DNA of 64,000 nt from NCBI RefSeq assembly GCF_030028105.1, contig NC_092395.1, positions 43,366,459-43,430,458 on the forward strand, in the 5' to 3' direction. The notes beneath the pieces were generated by a model that saw only the letters and a list, made by a program, of their open reading frames with translations, was not told where the DNA came from and ran no database searches. Positions 51,661 through 62,306 of the stretch are shown here, in pieces (position 1 is the stretch's first letter; each line of letters starts with the position of its first letter). The stretch is from Mobula birostris (taxonomy: Eukaryota). Both the position numbers and the translations under genes were made by a program.

Positions 51661-54304
51661 CATATTGATGCTGTGATCAATGACATATTTCTCCCTTGGA
51701 TCCATTGCCTCATTTATTGCATTGAGATCTGGTCATCCCATTATGAGAACGATGGGGAGGCTTTAGAGAGGGTGCAGAAGAGGTTTACCAGGATGCTGTC
51801 CAAAGTTGAAGGCAGGTGTTATTGGGAGGGTTTGGTTCAATCTGGTATATTTCTCCCATGATAAAAGTGTCTGATACGAGATGGCATGAATTAATGGTGA
51901 GAGGGGGAATTTCAAAGGAGATTTGCAGTGTACATGTTTACTCAAAGAGTGGTGAGTGCCAAGAATGCACTGATATAATTGGTAGTGGATATTAATACGA
52001 TAAAAGGCATTTCAGAGGCTCTGAGGTAGGCACCTGAATGTTCAGAAAAGGAAGACAGATGAACATTGTGTAGGCAGAAAGGAATTGATTATTAAAGCAT
52101 TTATTAACCTTGTAGCTCAAAAGGCCAGTTCCTGTTCTGTACTATTCTCTGTTCCTTTCCTATCATCACAGAAATCCAAATTTCTCCATTTCTGTTCTAC
52201 TTGAGGCACTATGGGTTCAGGGATTTATGACCTGGGTTTATATTATCCGGTGGGTGATCATTAATGAATATCAATGATACAGTGTGCTGGAGCTTCATTT
52301 TGGAGAATTGACCCCATTGGAGTTAATTATTTCAATAGGTTCCACTCTTCCCCTTCTCCCAAAATTAACTCTACTGCTGAGTCAGCAGAGAGCACATGCC
52401 ACTAGAAACAGGCAGTTTTTTAAGACACCCCAATCATCAAACGAGCCATTCCTGAAACTGGAAGCAGCAACACACATGACGCATCACTGAATGCCACTGT
52501 CCGGGAGGGGCAAGTGCAAACAAAAGCGCCCTCACTGTGCATTAGCCTAATGTGTACCCGATAAGCATAATGTCAGCACAGCCAGAAAGGGACAATGAGA
52601 ATTTTGGGGCTACTGGTGGGGTTGGGGGTTTGAGGAAGTTACTTGTGTTAGACCAGCTCAGTCACAGCTGCCTTTCCAACCCTCCAGAATATTTATAATG
52701 TATACACTTGTACAGTGATATTGGGCTAGAATTTCCAGTATCTGTACCAGAGATGACAAAGAAACTGGTCAGGGTAATGAATAGCATTGGAGTAAGTCAG
52801 GCCGGGGTGTGGGATGGGGAGGTGGAATCCAGCTTGTCTTGTCCCCATGTGCTGGTCATTTGTTTTAATGATGCTCTGAAGGAGCCTTGCAGTGAAACGC
52901 GATCCCACTCATCCAGACTGATTCCAGCCAGGTTCAGACCACGAAACCATGAGGGATTTCACTACCTGGGCAGCCCTCTATGTAATAATCAGCTGTAAAA
53001 TCTGCTCTTCAGCAGTTTACTGCAGAGTGGGGTGGAATAAATCTGCAGTCATTCCTCTCCCCTCACTGACTCTCCAATTGTTATCCCACAATTGATCAGC
53101 CCACTGGTTTAGTCTGCATCTGGTTTTGGCAAAACAGTGCAGAGTGTAACAGAACTCACCAGTCCCAGGGCTGCACATGTTCCCCCTTATTCCCATCTAC
53201 TTCCTACAGAAGCAGTGGGCTATGCATTGGGAAGATAGATACAAGTATGCTAAGGTAGCATGTGTGGGATGTCATGCACTGCTGATATCTCACAGCTTCA
53301 GCGACCTGGATTTGATCCTGAGCTTATCCATGTGAAATTTGTATGTTCTCTCTGTGACCATTTGTGTTTCACAGTGATGCTCCATTTTCCTTGCATTGTG
53401 CAGATATGAGATTGGAAATTTCCCCTTAGTGCAATGAAGAAAGAATAGAATCAAACTGTACTTGATGGTGTGAATGAGTAAAATGGAGATGGCATCAATG
53501 GGGTTACTCCATTGGGTGCTCCTAAGGACCCAATGGGCTGAATGGCCTCATTATGTGTTTTGCTAAAGGAACAATTGCACAGTTTCTGCTCTAGTATTTG
53601 GTATAACATTACAACAAATGAGATTTATCTTCCTCCTGTAGAAAGCACTGAGATATCACTAACTGGGAACAGGTTGGTGTGAGATTTCTCAGGTGGGAGT
53701 GGTGGGTCTTGGCCATTGCATTGCCGATATTTGGTGAATGTGTTTTCTTTCCAAGAAACCTGGGCTACAGTGCCTGTGATATGGGAAATTGAACCTGGAT
53801 CTGACTCAACACAATGAACGAGGGAGCACTCCGGAAGGAAAACACCTCTTCCAGACAAGGACGCTGTTTAAATTGGAGTCAGTTTTGTGGGTATTCAAAC
53901 ACTTGGCCAGCTCCTGACAACTCCACTAAGATGGAGTAATCTGAGTCCTTCCTTGTATTGAGCAGGAAGATTCCACGAACCCCTGCCAATCAGATCTGAG
54001 TGGGTATGTGGCTACCAACTGAACACTGGGTAGAATTTTGCAAGGAATGGCTGCATGAAGCTATTTCAAAGTGACGTCCAGTATTGCTCAGTCATGCACA
54101 ATCTTCAGTGATGTGTCATGAATTCATTTAGGTAAATTTCTACATGAACATTCATTTCGATGAAATAGATTGCACAGCCCCTTAAACCTGCTCTGATATT
54201 GAACCACATTATGGTTGACTTCTTGAAACCTTAAAGTTCCAATACTCTTTGTTCCAAGTAACCTTTCACCCTCTTCTGAATTTGAAAGTATCAATTGGTT
54301 TTGC

Positions 54305-56710
54305 TTCCAAAGCCCCTTGAGATATGATTCAAAGGTTTTTGACCCTCTGAGAGAGAAACAAACTTATCTTCACATCTGTCCTAAATGATCAGCCCCGGTC
54401 TTTCAAAAATTAGCATCTCGTTCTGGAGGCTTCTTCAAAAGGAGACATCCTGTCCATAGTCACCCTGCCAAGATCGACCAGGAGATGATGATCCAATCAA
54501 TTTCCCTGTCAGTCTTCAAAACTTCAGTGGACACAGGCCTCACCTTCCCTCACAAGATGATCTACACATCAGAGTACAGAATCCAGTGAACGGGGAGATT
54601 AGAGAGAAAAAGCAGGGCTCCTCCTTCCAAGAGATGAATCTTAGGCATTGGATTTAGCTGTATTTGGAAAAGTGTTGGCTTATTAGTGATAATCAGGATG
54701 GCTGTGTGCAAGGCAGATCATGCCTTACAGAACAGATTGAGGTGTTTGGGGAGGTGACGAAGATGATTGATGAGGGTAGAGCAGTAAAAGTTGTCTACGT
54801 AAATTTGAGGAAGTCTTTTGATAAGCTCCTTCAGGGTAGCCTGATGCAGAAGATCAATTCACATTGGATCCATGATCACTTTGTGGACTGGATTTAAAAT
54901 TAGTTTTCCATAAAAGATAGTGTGTAATCATGGAGGGGCAATATCTAGATTGGAAGGCTATGGCTATTGGTGTTCTGCAGGTATCAGTGCTGGGACCTCT
55001 GTTTTTTTATGATGAACAGCAAATGACTTGGATGAAAGTACAGAGTAGCAGATTGGTAGGCTTGCCAGTGGCAAAAGGAATACAGAGAGTTTTTGTAGTA
55101 TCCCATATGTGATCTCAGCAGTGCTCCTTTCAACAGAAACACAGAATGTTGAATTCAGATAAGCTACCTGGACAGATAGATAAGCAACTTGAGCCCAAAG
55201 GACTACACCCCATGTTTCTGAAAGAGGTGGCTTAAAGATTGTGGAAGTGTTAGCAGTCATTTTTCAAGAATCATTAGATTCTGGGATGGTTTTGGAGGAC
55301 TGGAAAATTACAGATGTCACTCCACTCTTTAAGAAGAGAGGGATGAAAAAGACAAGAAATTATAAGCCAGTTTGTCTGCCTTTGGTGGCTGGCAAAATAT
55401 TAGATTCCATTCTTCAGGGTGAGGTTTTGGGGCACATGGAGACACATAAAAAACAGGCCAAAATCAGCATGGTTTCCTCAATAGGAAATCTTGCTTGAAA
55501 AATCAGTTGGAATTCTTTGAGGAAATAACAGCAGGATTGACAAAGAAGAGTCAGTTCCTGTTTTTACTTGGATTTTCAGAGCCTATGATAAGAGCACATG
55601 GATAGAAGGTTGGCTGACAGGCAAGAAGCAAAGTGTGAGAATAAAGAGGGCTTTCAGTCATTGAATTCCATGACTGGTGTTGTTCTGCAGGGGTCAGTGT
55701 TGGGACGGCTTCTTTTCCATTTCTATATCAATGATTTAGATGAGGAAATTGATAGCTTTATTGGGCAAGTTTGTGGACAATACAAAAATAGGTAGACAGG
55801 CAGCTTGTGTTGAGGATAAAGGGAGTATGGAGAAGAACATTGGCAAATTTGGAAAATGGACAAAGAGGTGGGAGATGGAAGACATAGGGAGGTGTTTGGC
55901 CATGCACGTTGGGAGAAGAAATAAAGGTGTGGAATATTTTCTCAGCAGGAGAAAATGTTCAGAAATCAGAGGTGCAAAGCGAGTTGATAGTCCGGGTACA
56001 AAATTCCCTAACAATTAATTTGCAGGTTAAGTCAGGAGTAAGGAAGCTCAATGCAACTTCAGCATTAGTTTTGAGGGGACAATAATATAAAAATAAAGAT
56101 GTAATGTTGAGGCTTTACAAGGTATTAGTCAGACCACACAAGGTGAGGACTGTGAGCAGTTTTGGTCCCCCTAACTGGAAAAGGATGTACTGGCAATGTA
56201 GAGGAGGTTCACAAGAGTGATTGCTGGAATGAAAAGGTTAACGTATGATGAGCGTTTGATGGCTCTGGACCTGTACTCACTGGAGTTCAGAAGAATGAGG
56301 AGGGGATCAAATTGAATGCTATTGGATATTGAAAAGCCAAGTGAAGTTGATGTGGAGAGGATGTTTCCAATATTTGGGGAATATAGGACTAAGGAGCAGA
56401 GCCTCAGAATATGAGGATGTCCCTTTAGAACAGAGATGAAAAGAAAGTTCTTTAGCCAGAGGGTGATGAATCTGTTGAAGATTTTGTCACATTCAGCTGT
56501 GGAATCCATCTCAATAGGTTTATTTAAAGCAGAGGTTGATAGTTTCTTGATTAGTAATGGTGTCAAAGCATATGGGGAGAAAGCAGGAGAATGGAGTTCA
56601 GAAGGATAATGAATCAACCATGAATCAATGGGGTCGGAAAGGATAATAAACTAAACACGACAAAGCAGACTCGATGGGTCAAGTGGCCTAATTCTTCTCC
56701 TATGTTTTAT
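54305..56710. mobile_element. Decayed CR1 fragments (block X plus CR1 RT and 3' end)
   Basis: QDGCVQGRSCLT, VPPLF-like DVTPLFKK, VLQGSVLGRLLF; contains the empty AAGA site of the 12862-18277 element near 55331. Confidence 0.8.
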
Positions 56711-58278
56711 GCTATTCCATCATGCCTGATTCATTATCCCTCTCATTCCCATTTTTCTGCCTTCTACACGTACAGGTTGACGCGTTTACTGAACAAGAAA
56801 CTGTCAATCTCCATTTTAAGTGTACTTAATGACTTGGCCAGCACAGCCAACTGTCGCAATGAATTCCACAGACTCACCACCCTCTCGCTGAAGAAATTCC
56901 TCCTCATCAATGTTCGAAAGGGACGTCGTTGTTTTCTGAGACTGTTCCCTCTCGAGGAGTGCAGCTTGGGAACATGTCGGTGTGAGGATTCTTTGTGTGA
57001 TGGGAATGGTGGGTTTTGCCCATTGCAGGGTGGTGTTTTAGTGAGTGTGCTTTCTTTATCAGGAACTCAGTGCCGCAGTGCCTGTGCTGTTGGGAATTGA
57101 ACCTGGGAGTTCCCCTCCAATCTACCTTTCTATGCATGTGCAAATGGCACGGATCAAACTGGCAGCTGTACCAGGATTGCTGGGTCTCTCTTTACCTCTC
57201 CCTTTTTCACCCATCCCACACCACTCCTTTCCCGCCTTTCTGACTCCTGGGCGTTTTTCTCTCTCATCTCACCTTCGCTATCGGCTGTTTCTCTGTCACT
57301 CCCTCTTTCTCTATCCATCCCATCTCTCCTTCCCTCCCTCATGATTTCTCTTTCTCAGAACAGACACACACTCTTCCTCCCTCTGCCACCACTCTCATGC
57401 TCCTCAGAATGAACAACAGCAGGGAAGCAGCCATTGTTTGAAACCCCGGACTGAATCGCCCAATGGTGACTACCCCGTCCATCGAAGTAACGGCAAGGGG
57501 GTGAGGGGGAGGTCAGCAGTGGAGGGCTCTGAGCGAGTTGCTGGGGAGGGAGAGGAAGGACCAAAATCGGAACAGGTTTCGGGAAATGAATGCAGTGGCG
57601 CTGCAGATCGAGAGAGGGTGAGGGTTCAGCCTAGGAAGCATTGATCGGAGTGGGAAGGAGAAGGGAGAGAGGGCGAAAGTATGGCTGGGAGAGTAGTGGA
57701 AAGGGGACCAGCAGTTAACGTAAAGTAAATCCTGAACCACTCTGTCTCTGGACTCCTGTAGCTGCATACCATCACCCAAAAGATAGTTGAGGAACAGTAT
57801 TTCAACTTATTACTGGGAAGTTTACATCCCTTGTGACCCAACCATTTCAGATACCCAGATTTTCTAGTTTGTGTCAGTATTGTTAATTTCTGGAGAAAAC
57901 TTATTAGCCCAGAGCGTAAATACAATTTATTCCTCTCTCCACCAATGCTGCCACAGAACCTGAATATTAGCAGCCACGTTCATGTTCATTTCCTTTACTA
58001 ACCTTCCCAAAACCAACTGCTTTGTTCTCATTTTACATCGTAGCCTAACAGTCAACCCATCACCCTGACCCGATTCTTTCCAGTATCTCCGCAATGGAAC
58101 TTCCCGTCATTCGTTGCTGATATTCGGTGTCCAAGGCTGCCGTCGAGATTTCCTGAACTTCACAAACCAGAGATAGACGAGTCTCCCCTCTCTTCCCTCC
58201 TCCCACTCGGTATCAGAATAGGAAAAACACGAAAGATGTCGAAACGCACACACGGAAATCATTCCTGCACTGATCATC

Positions 58279-58284
58279 TTTATT
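58279..58284 (-). terminator. Polyadenylation signal of the Ig light-chain gene
   Basis: AATAAA about 350 nt after the C stop, followed by a GT-rich element. Confidence 0.65.
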
Positions 58285-58630
58285 GGTAGTTCGTCACCGT
58301 TACTGTCTGTCAGTCTGCTCTTGACGACGAATCACTAAAACATTAATTAATAATTCTAATTAATCCATACCTAATTTCAGAGAAAACCATTCACCGCCTG
58401 AAATTTCCAGAAGACAAGTACCTGTCCGCTTTAACACCTTGTAGCCGTCTCAGTAGGAAAAAGAACATAATCAGCCTCAGGTACAAATATTCCAACATCG
58501 AAGTGGAAACTACAGAGAGCGGAACAGAAGGGAAGTACAGGGAAGAGCGAGTGAGAGTGGTAGAGGTGAAAGATACAAGGCCATGATCTCCCGTTAATCG
58601 GAAACAAACAAGGCCGAAGCCGCGCTCTGT

Positions 58631-58953
58631 TTAACAGCTGGATTGTGTGACTGTTGCGGATATTGTCGAGGCTGCTCCTTGTTGAACTGAGCAGGAGTAG
58701 CTCTTCCCACTGCTCCAGTCTGCGCCGGGCACCGTCGGGTAGCTGCTGTGACTGAAGGTTTTGTCCGCATTCTGAGTCACCCTGCTGGTTTGCACCTCAC
58801 TGCTCGTCGGACTGTCGTTCACTGTCCAGCTGACGACAGGGAAGCCCATCGACAATTTACTGACCAGGCAAACTAAGGTGCCCGATCCTTTAGCGGAGAT
58901 ATTCTCGGCTGATGGCCCAAGCAGTTTCACTGAAGGGTCCGGGAGCTGCTGAG
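58631..58953 (-). CDS. Immunoglobulin light-chain constant (C) exon, sigma-like
   Basis: Phase-1 acceptor TTCCAG; (A)QQLPDPSVKLLGPS..GTLVCLVSKLSMGFPVVSW..W..YSCSV..TQSSC*: C1-set Cys/Trp/Cys and terminal interchain Cys. Confidence 0.95.
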
Positions 58954-59835
58954 CTGGAACATAAACGAGAGAAAACGTGTTTCAAGTCGCGCCATAACTC
59001 TCGTCATTTCACAGTTTGACAGAATCGCGAGTAGAAGGTTTCAGCTTCATTGAGAGGGGTCCAGAAATTCGCCGAGAGACAGTGCAGTGCCCATGGAGGA
59101 CAGTACTTCTTGGTCAACCCGGAAAACTAGAAATCAACTCCAACCGGTGAGGTCGGTTGGCGAGGAGTCATTCATGGAATCGAGAGACACACTGGCATCA
59201 AAGCGCCCCCACCCCCAGAGAAGTTTAAAGTGTCCACTTTCTGGGCCATCAGTGACATGTTCCTCCTCTTGCCTCCGCCGCACTCACCCATCACTAAAGA
59301 TCCCGCTGCTGTTGGGAGGTTAAACATCTCACAATCTGCTCTGCCCCAGTGGGCGAGGGCTCCGATTGCGGGGTCCTGAGCTCCATGTAGCGGGGCGGGG
59401 TAGGTCGCTCTCTGATCTGTGATGTCGAGTGATTCGGCTCCCACTCTCCGTGAGGGACGGGAGGTTGGATTCTCCCCAGAATCGGAGCTCTGGGTTCAGT
59501 CGGTGTAGAGACGGGGATCGCCGAACAGTGGTTCCCGGAATGGAGTATCGCTCAAGGGAATAGGTGGCAGGAGAGAGGAGGCAAGGACTGGGCAGTGGGA
59601 GAGGGTCTGTTATCCGATGGTGAAGGACGAGAGTTCCACCTTCACTGGAAGTCCAGTGAAAGTCCAAGAGTTGTTTCTTTGGGGAGTTCTAAATAATAAA
59701 TTGAAACGTGTCATTCTACTGTGTTGACAACCACAGTGGAATGTCCTGACCCCACTGACACCTCACATCCCACTGTGTCCCTTCACTGGATCCCTTCACG
59801 TTCCTTCCTGTGAAACCACCATAAAAACTGACAAA

Positions 59836-60028
59836 CAACAGGAATTCTGCAGATGCTGGAAATTCAAGCAACACACATCAAATTTGCTGGTGAACGCAGC
59901 AAGCCAGGCAGCATCTCTAGAAAGAGGTACAGTCGACGTCAGGGTCTCGGCCTGAAACGTCGACTGTACCTCTTCCTAGAGATGCTGCCTGGCCTGCTGC
60001 GTTCACCAGCAACTTTGATGCGTGTTGC
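59836..60028. mobile_element. Palindromic Penelope-derived insertion in the J-C intron
   Basis: Inverted arms; 14-bp TSD TAAAAACTGACAAA (59822-59835, 60029-60042). Confidence 0.88.
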
Positions 60029-60321
60029 TAAAAACTGACAAATTAACACGACAGCAGAAATAACACCAATGAACAGAAAGTGTTAAATCATGGTTCGTCC
60101 GAAAACACACCGAAAAGAGAAATGTTTCATTAAAAGACGAAAACAATTCACCAAACACAACTCCATCGAGTAAAACTGATGCTGGACACGAACGCGATTA
60201 GACTGTAAGTCAACATTTCCACTGTAAAGTTAGCTAGGATATTATAATGTAGAAGTTATGCATTGCTGGGTGATCGTATTTATCCGGTGATCATCGCAGG
60301 AGGTATTTATCGGACACTTAC

Positions 60322-60358
60322 CTGTAACAAAGAGCTTGGCCCCCGGGCCGAACACCCA
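60322..60358 (-). CDS. Immunoglobulin light-chain joining (J) segment
   Basis: WVFGPGAKLFVT followed by phase-1 donor G|GTAAGT, in phase with the C exon; preceded by heptamer CACTGTG. Confidence 0.95.
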
Positions 60359-60397
60359 CACAGTGTGGGATTCCGGGCATCAGCAATTACCCAGGAC
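60359..60397 (+). other. J recombination signal: canonical heptamer, atypical nonamer/spacer
   Basis: CACAGTG at 60359-60365; the 23-spacer position reads ACCCAGGAC (4/9 match); best nonamer GCAATTACC (6/9) lies at 17-bp spacing. Confidence 0.7.
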
Positions 60398-60708
60398 ACT
60401 GCAATCAGGCAGAAAACACGGTCAGACGTTCCCGTTTCAGCATGAAACCAGACTTCACACATTCCGACTGTCCCGGTCTGTGAGGGACTGGAGGGGGTGA
60501 ACTCACAGCCGTATCGCCAGACTGACATTAAACGACATCAAACACTCGACAGTGGGTGACGGGATTCGGAAACATTCCAAATATGGCAAGAATGGCATTG
60601 CAAAAATAGCGTATAATGGGTAAAATTAAAGTAACCTTATGAAGAGTGAATGATGAGAGTGTTTTCATCCGTTGCAAAGATGTGAAGTGTATCATGTTTG
60701 CTGACCCC

Positions 60709-60736
60709 AGTTTTTGTTTTACCCTCTCTCACTGTG
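60709..60736 (-). other. V recombination signal sequence (12-RSS)
   Basis: CACAGTG - AGAGAGGGTAAA (12 nt) - ACAAAAACT. Confidence 0.95.
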
Positions 60737-61063
60737 ACAAGTAGCCACTGCCCGCTGAAAACCACTTTCCGCAGTAATAGACGGCAGCGTCATTCATCTC
60801 CACGTTTTTTATGATCAACTGGTAAACGGTGCCGGCGCTGTTGGCTGCCGACGTGAAACGGTCGCTGCTAAACCCAGGCCCGTAGCTTGGACTACTCCAG
60901 GAATGATAGTAGTATAGGATCCACTGTGGACCTATTCCCGGTATCTGTTTGTACCAGCCAACACCATAGCTATCCTTTGTTCCGATGTCACAATTCAGCG
61001 TGGCCGTGGCTCCCGGTCTCACAGACACGGTCGGAGTCTGAGTCAGAGTTTGGGACTCTCCAG
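60737..61063 (-). CDS. Immunoglobulin light-chain variable (V) exon, sigma-like, unrearranged
   Basis: Acceptor TTTCACAG; GESQTLTQ..TLNC..GWYKQIPG.GPQWILYYYHSWSSPSYGPGFSSDRF..DAAVYYCGKW; long CDR2 of sigma type; open frame. Confidence 0.95.
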
Positions 61064-61185
61064 CTGTGAAAGACAGGAATTCAAATTTAACATCGACTTT
61101 TCAATCTGACCCCAAGACCCACCTTAGCAATCGTTAGCGGTGCAGACTTGCTGCCTGTACTTACAGCCCAGCCACATTAACCCAG

Positions 61186-61247
61186 TTATATAGCCAATTA
61201 CACCGGAGAGGATTCCATGCAAATAAGGGTGACTGACACTGACCAAT
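61186..61247 (-). promoter_or_regulatory. Ig light-chain promoter: CCAAT box, octamer ATTTGCAT, TATA
   Basis: ATTGG 61243-61247, ATTTGCAT 61217-61224 in light-chain orientation, TATATAA 61186-61192. Confidence 0.85.
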
Positions 61248-61355
61248 CAGAGCGGGAATCTGAAACCCTCCCATTCGCCGCTGCACGTCGCCGGGTTAAT
61301 GCAACGACACCAGCAGCAACTGACTGATCTGTTCAAAACAACTCGCGAATGAAAA

Positions 61356-61589
61356 CAAGAGGAATTCTGCAGATGCTGGAAATTCAAGCAACACACATCA
61401 AAGTTGCTGGTGAACGCAGCAGGCCAGGCAGCATCTCTAGGAAGAGGTACAGTCGACGTTTCAGGCCGAGACTCTTCGAAGGGTCTCGACGAAGTGTCCT
61501 GACGAAGGGTCTCGGCCTGAAACATCGACTATACCTCTTCCTAGAGATGCTGCCTGGCCTGCTGCATTCACCAGCAACTTTGACGTGTG
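61356..61589. mobile_element. Palindromic Penelope-derived insertion just upstream of the Ig promoter
   Basis: Inverted arms; 13-bp TSD TCGC(G/A)AATGAAAA (61343-61355, 61590-61602). Confidence 0.88.
61495..61530 (+). ncRNA. Degenerate hammerhead ribozyme motif
   Basis: TGTC-CTGACGA-AGGGTCTCGGCCT-GAAACATC-GACT; helix III palindrome mutated (ACAT). Confidence 0.45.
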
Positions 61590-61804
61590 TCGCAAATGAA
61601 AAGGTCGTTCATTGTCGGACATTTTCCACTTCTGCCTTCATTTCCCTGATTCCTTCCTTTGGTCCAGAGATGTCCGTCACACCTCCAGTGACAACAGGGA
61701 CAAGGACAACAGGACAGTGCAGACTTCCTGTTCCCACAACAGTCTTTCAGCCATGGAGTTCAAACCCACTCTGACAGTTTGAGGTTCGAAATGTGGGGAT
61801 TTAG

Positions 61805-62125
61805 ATCAGAATCAGAATCAGGTTTATTATCACCGGCATGTGACGTGAAATTTGTTAACTTAGCAGCAGCAGTGCAATGCAATACATAATCTAGCAGAGA
61901 GAAAAACTAAAATTATAATAAACAAGTAAATCAATTACGTATGTTGAATACATTAAAACACGTGCAAAAACAATAATACTATATGTTAAAAAAGTGAGGT
62001 AGTGTCCAAAGATTCAATGTCCATTTAGGAATCGGATGGCAGAGGGGAAGAAGCTGGTCCTGAATCGCTGAGTGTGCGCCTTCAGGCCTCTGTACCTCCT
62101 ACCTGATGGTAACAGCGAGAAAAGT
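61805..62125 (-). mobile_element. Rex1/Babar-like LINE 3' end
   Basis: LLPSGRRYRGLKAHTQRFRTSFFPSAIRFLN and (TTCTGA)n tail; a similar interrupted copy lies at about 44815-45660. Confidence 0.75.
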
Positions 62126-62270
62126 CCATTTACCGGAAAGTATTTACCATGAATGTAAAAATTAAAAGCAATTAAACGTGTATTCTTGTAAATATTTTTT
62201 TCATTATGAATAAAGTTTATGTTAATATAAAACAAACCTGTACCGCCACAGTATAGCGTTCTCCCGCTAC

Positions 62271-62272
<2 letters not shown>

Positions 62273-62304
<32 letters not shown>
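62273..62304. repeat. (GA)16 microsatellite
   Basis: Directly visible. Confidence 0.97.

Positions 62305-62306
<2 letters not shown>

Noticed and set aside
53640-53860. Ig-like GGS..LHCRY motif after an acceptor-like site
   Set aside because: The region is homologous to 56995-57115 and ends in GGGAATTGAACCTGG, a reverse tRNA B-box, so it is a SINE remnant.
1-57900. Isolated CACAGTG heptamers (e.g. near 3584, 10495, 41390, 53370) as cryptic RSS
   Set aside because: No nonamer at 12 or 23 bp and no adjacent V/J coding sequence; most lie in CR1 or SINE sequence.
58954-60321. Additional J segments in the J-C intron
   Set aside because: No FGxG with heptamer and donor found by eye.
61677-61754. 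Upstream mini-ORF MAERLLWEQEVCTVLLSLSLLSLEV* as the missing leader
   Set aside because: It lies upstream of the octamer/TATA, has a weak donor (GTGTGA) in phase 0 while the V acceptor needs phase 1, and would need an unusual GAG acceptor.
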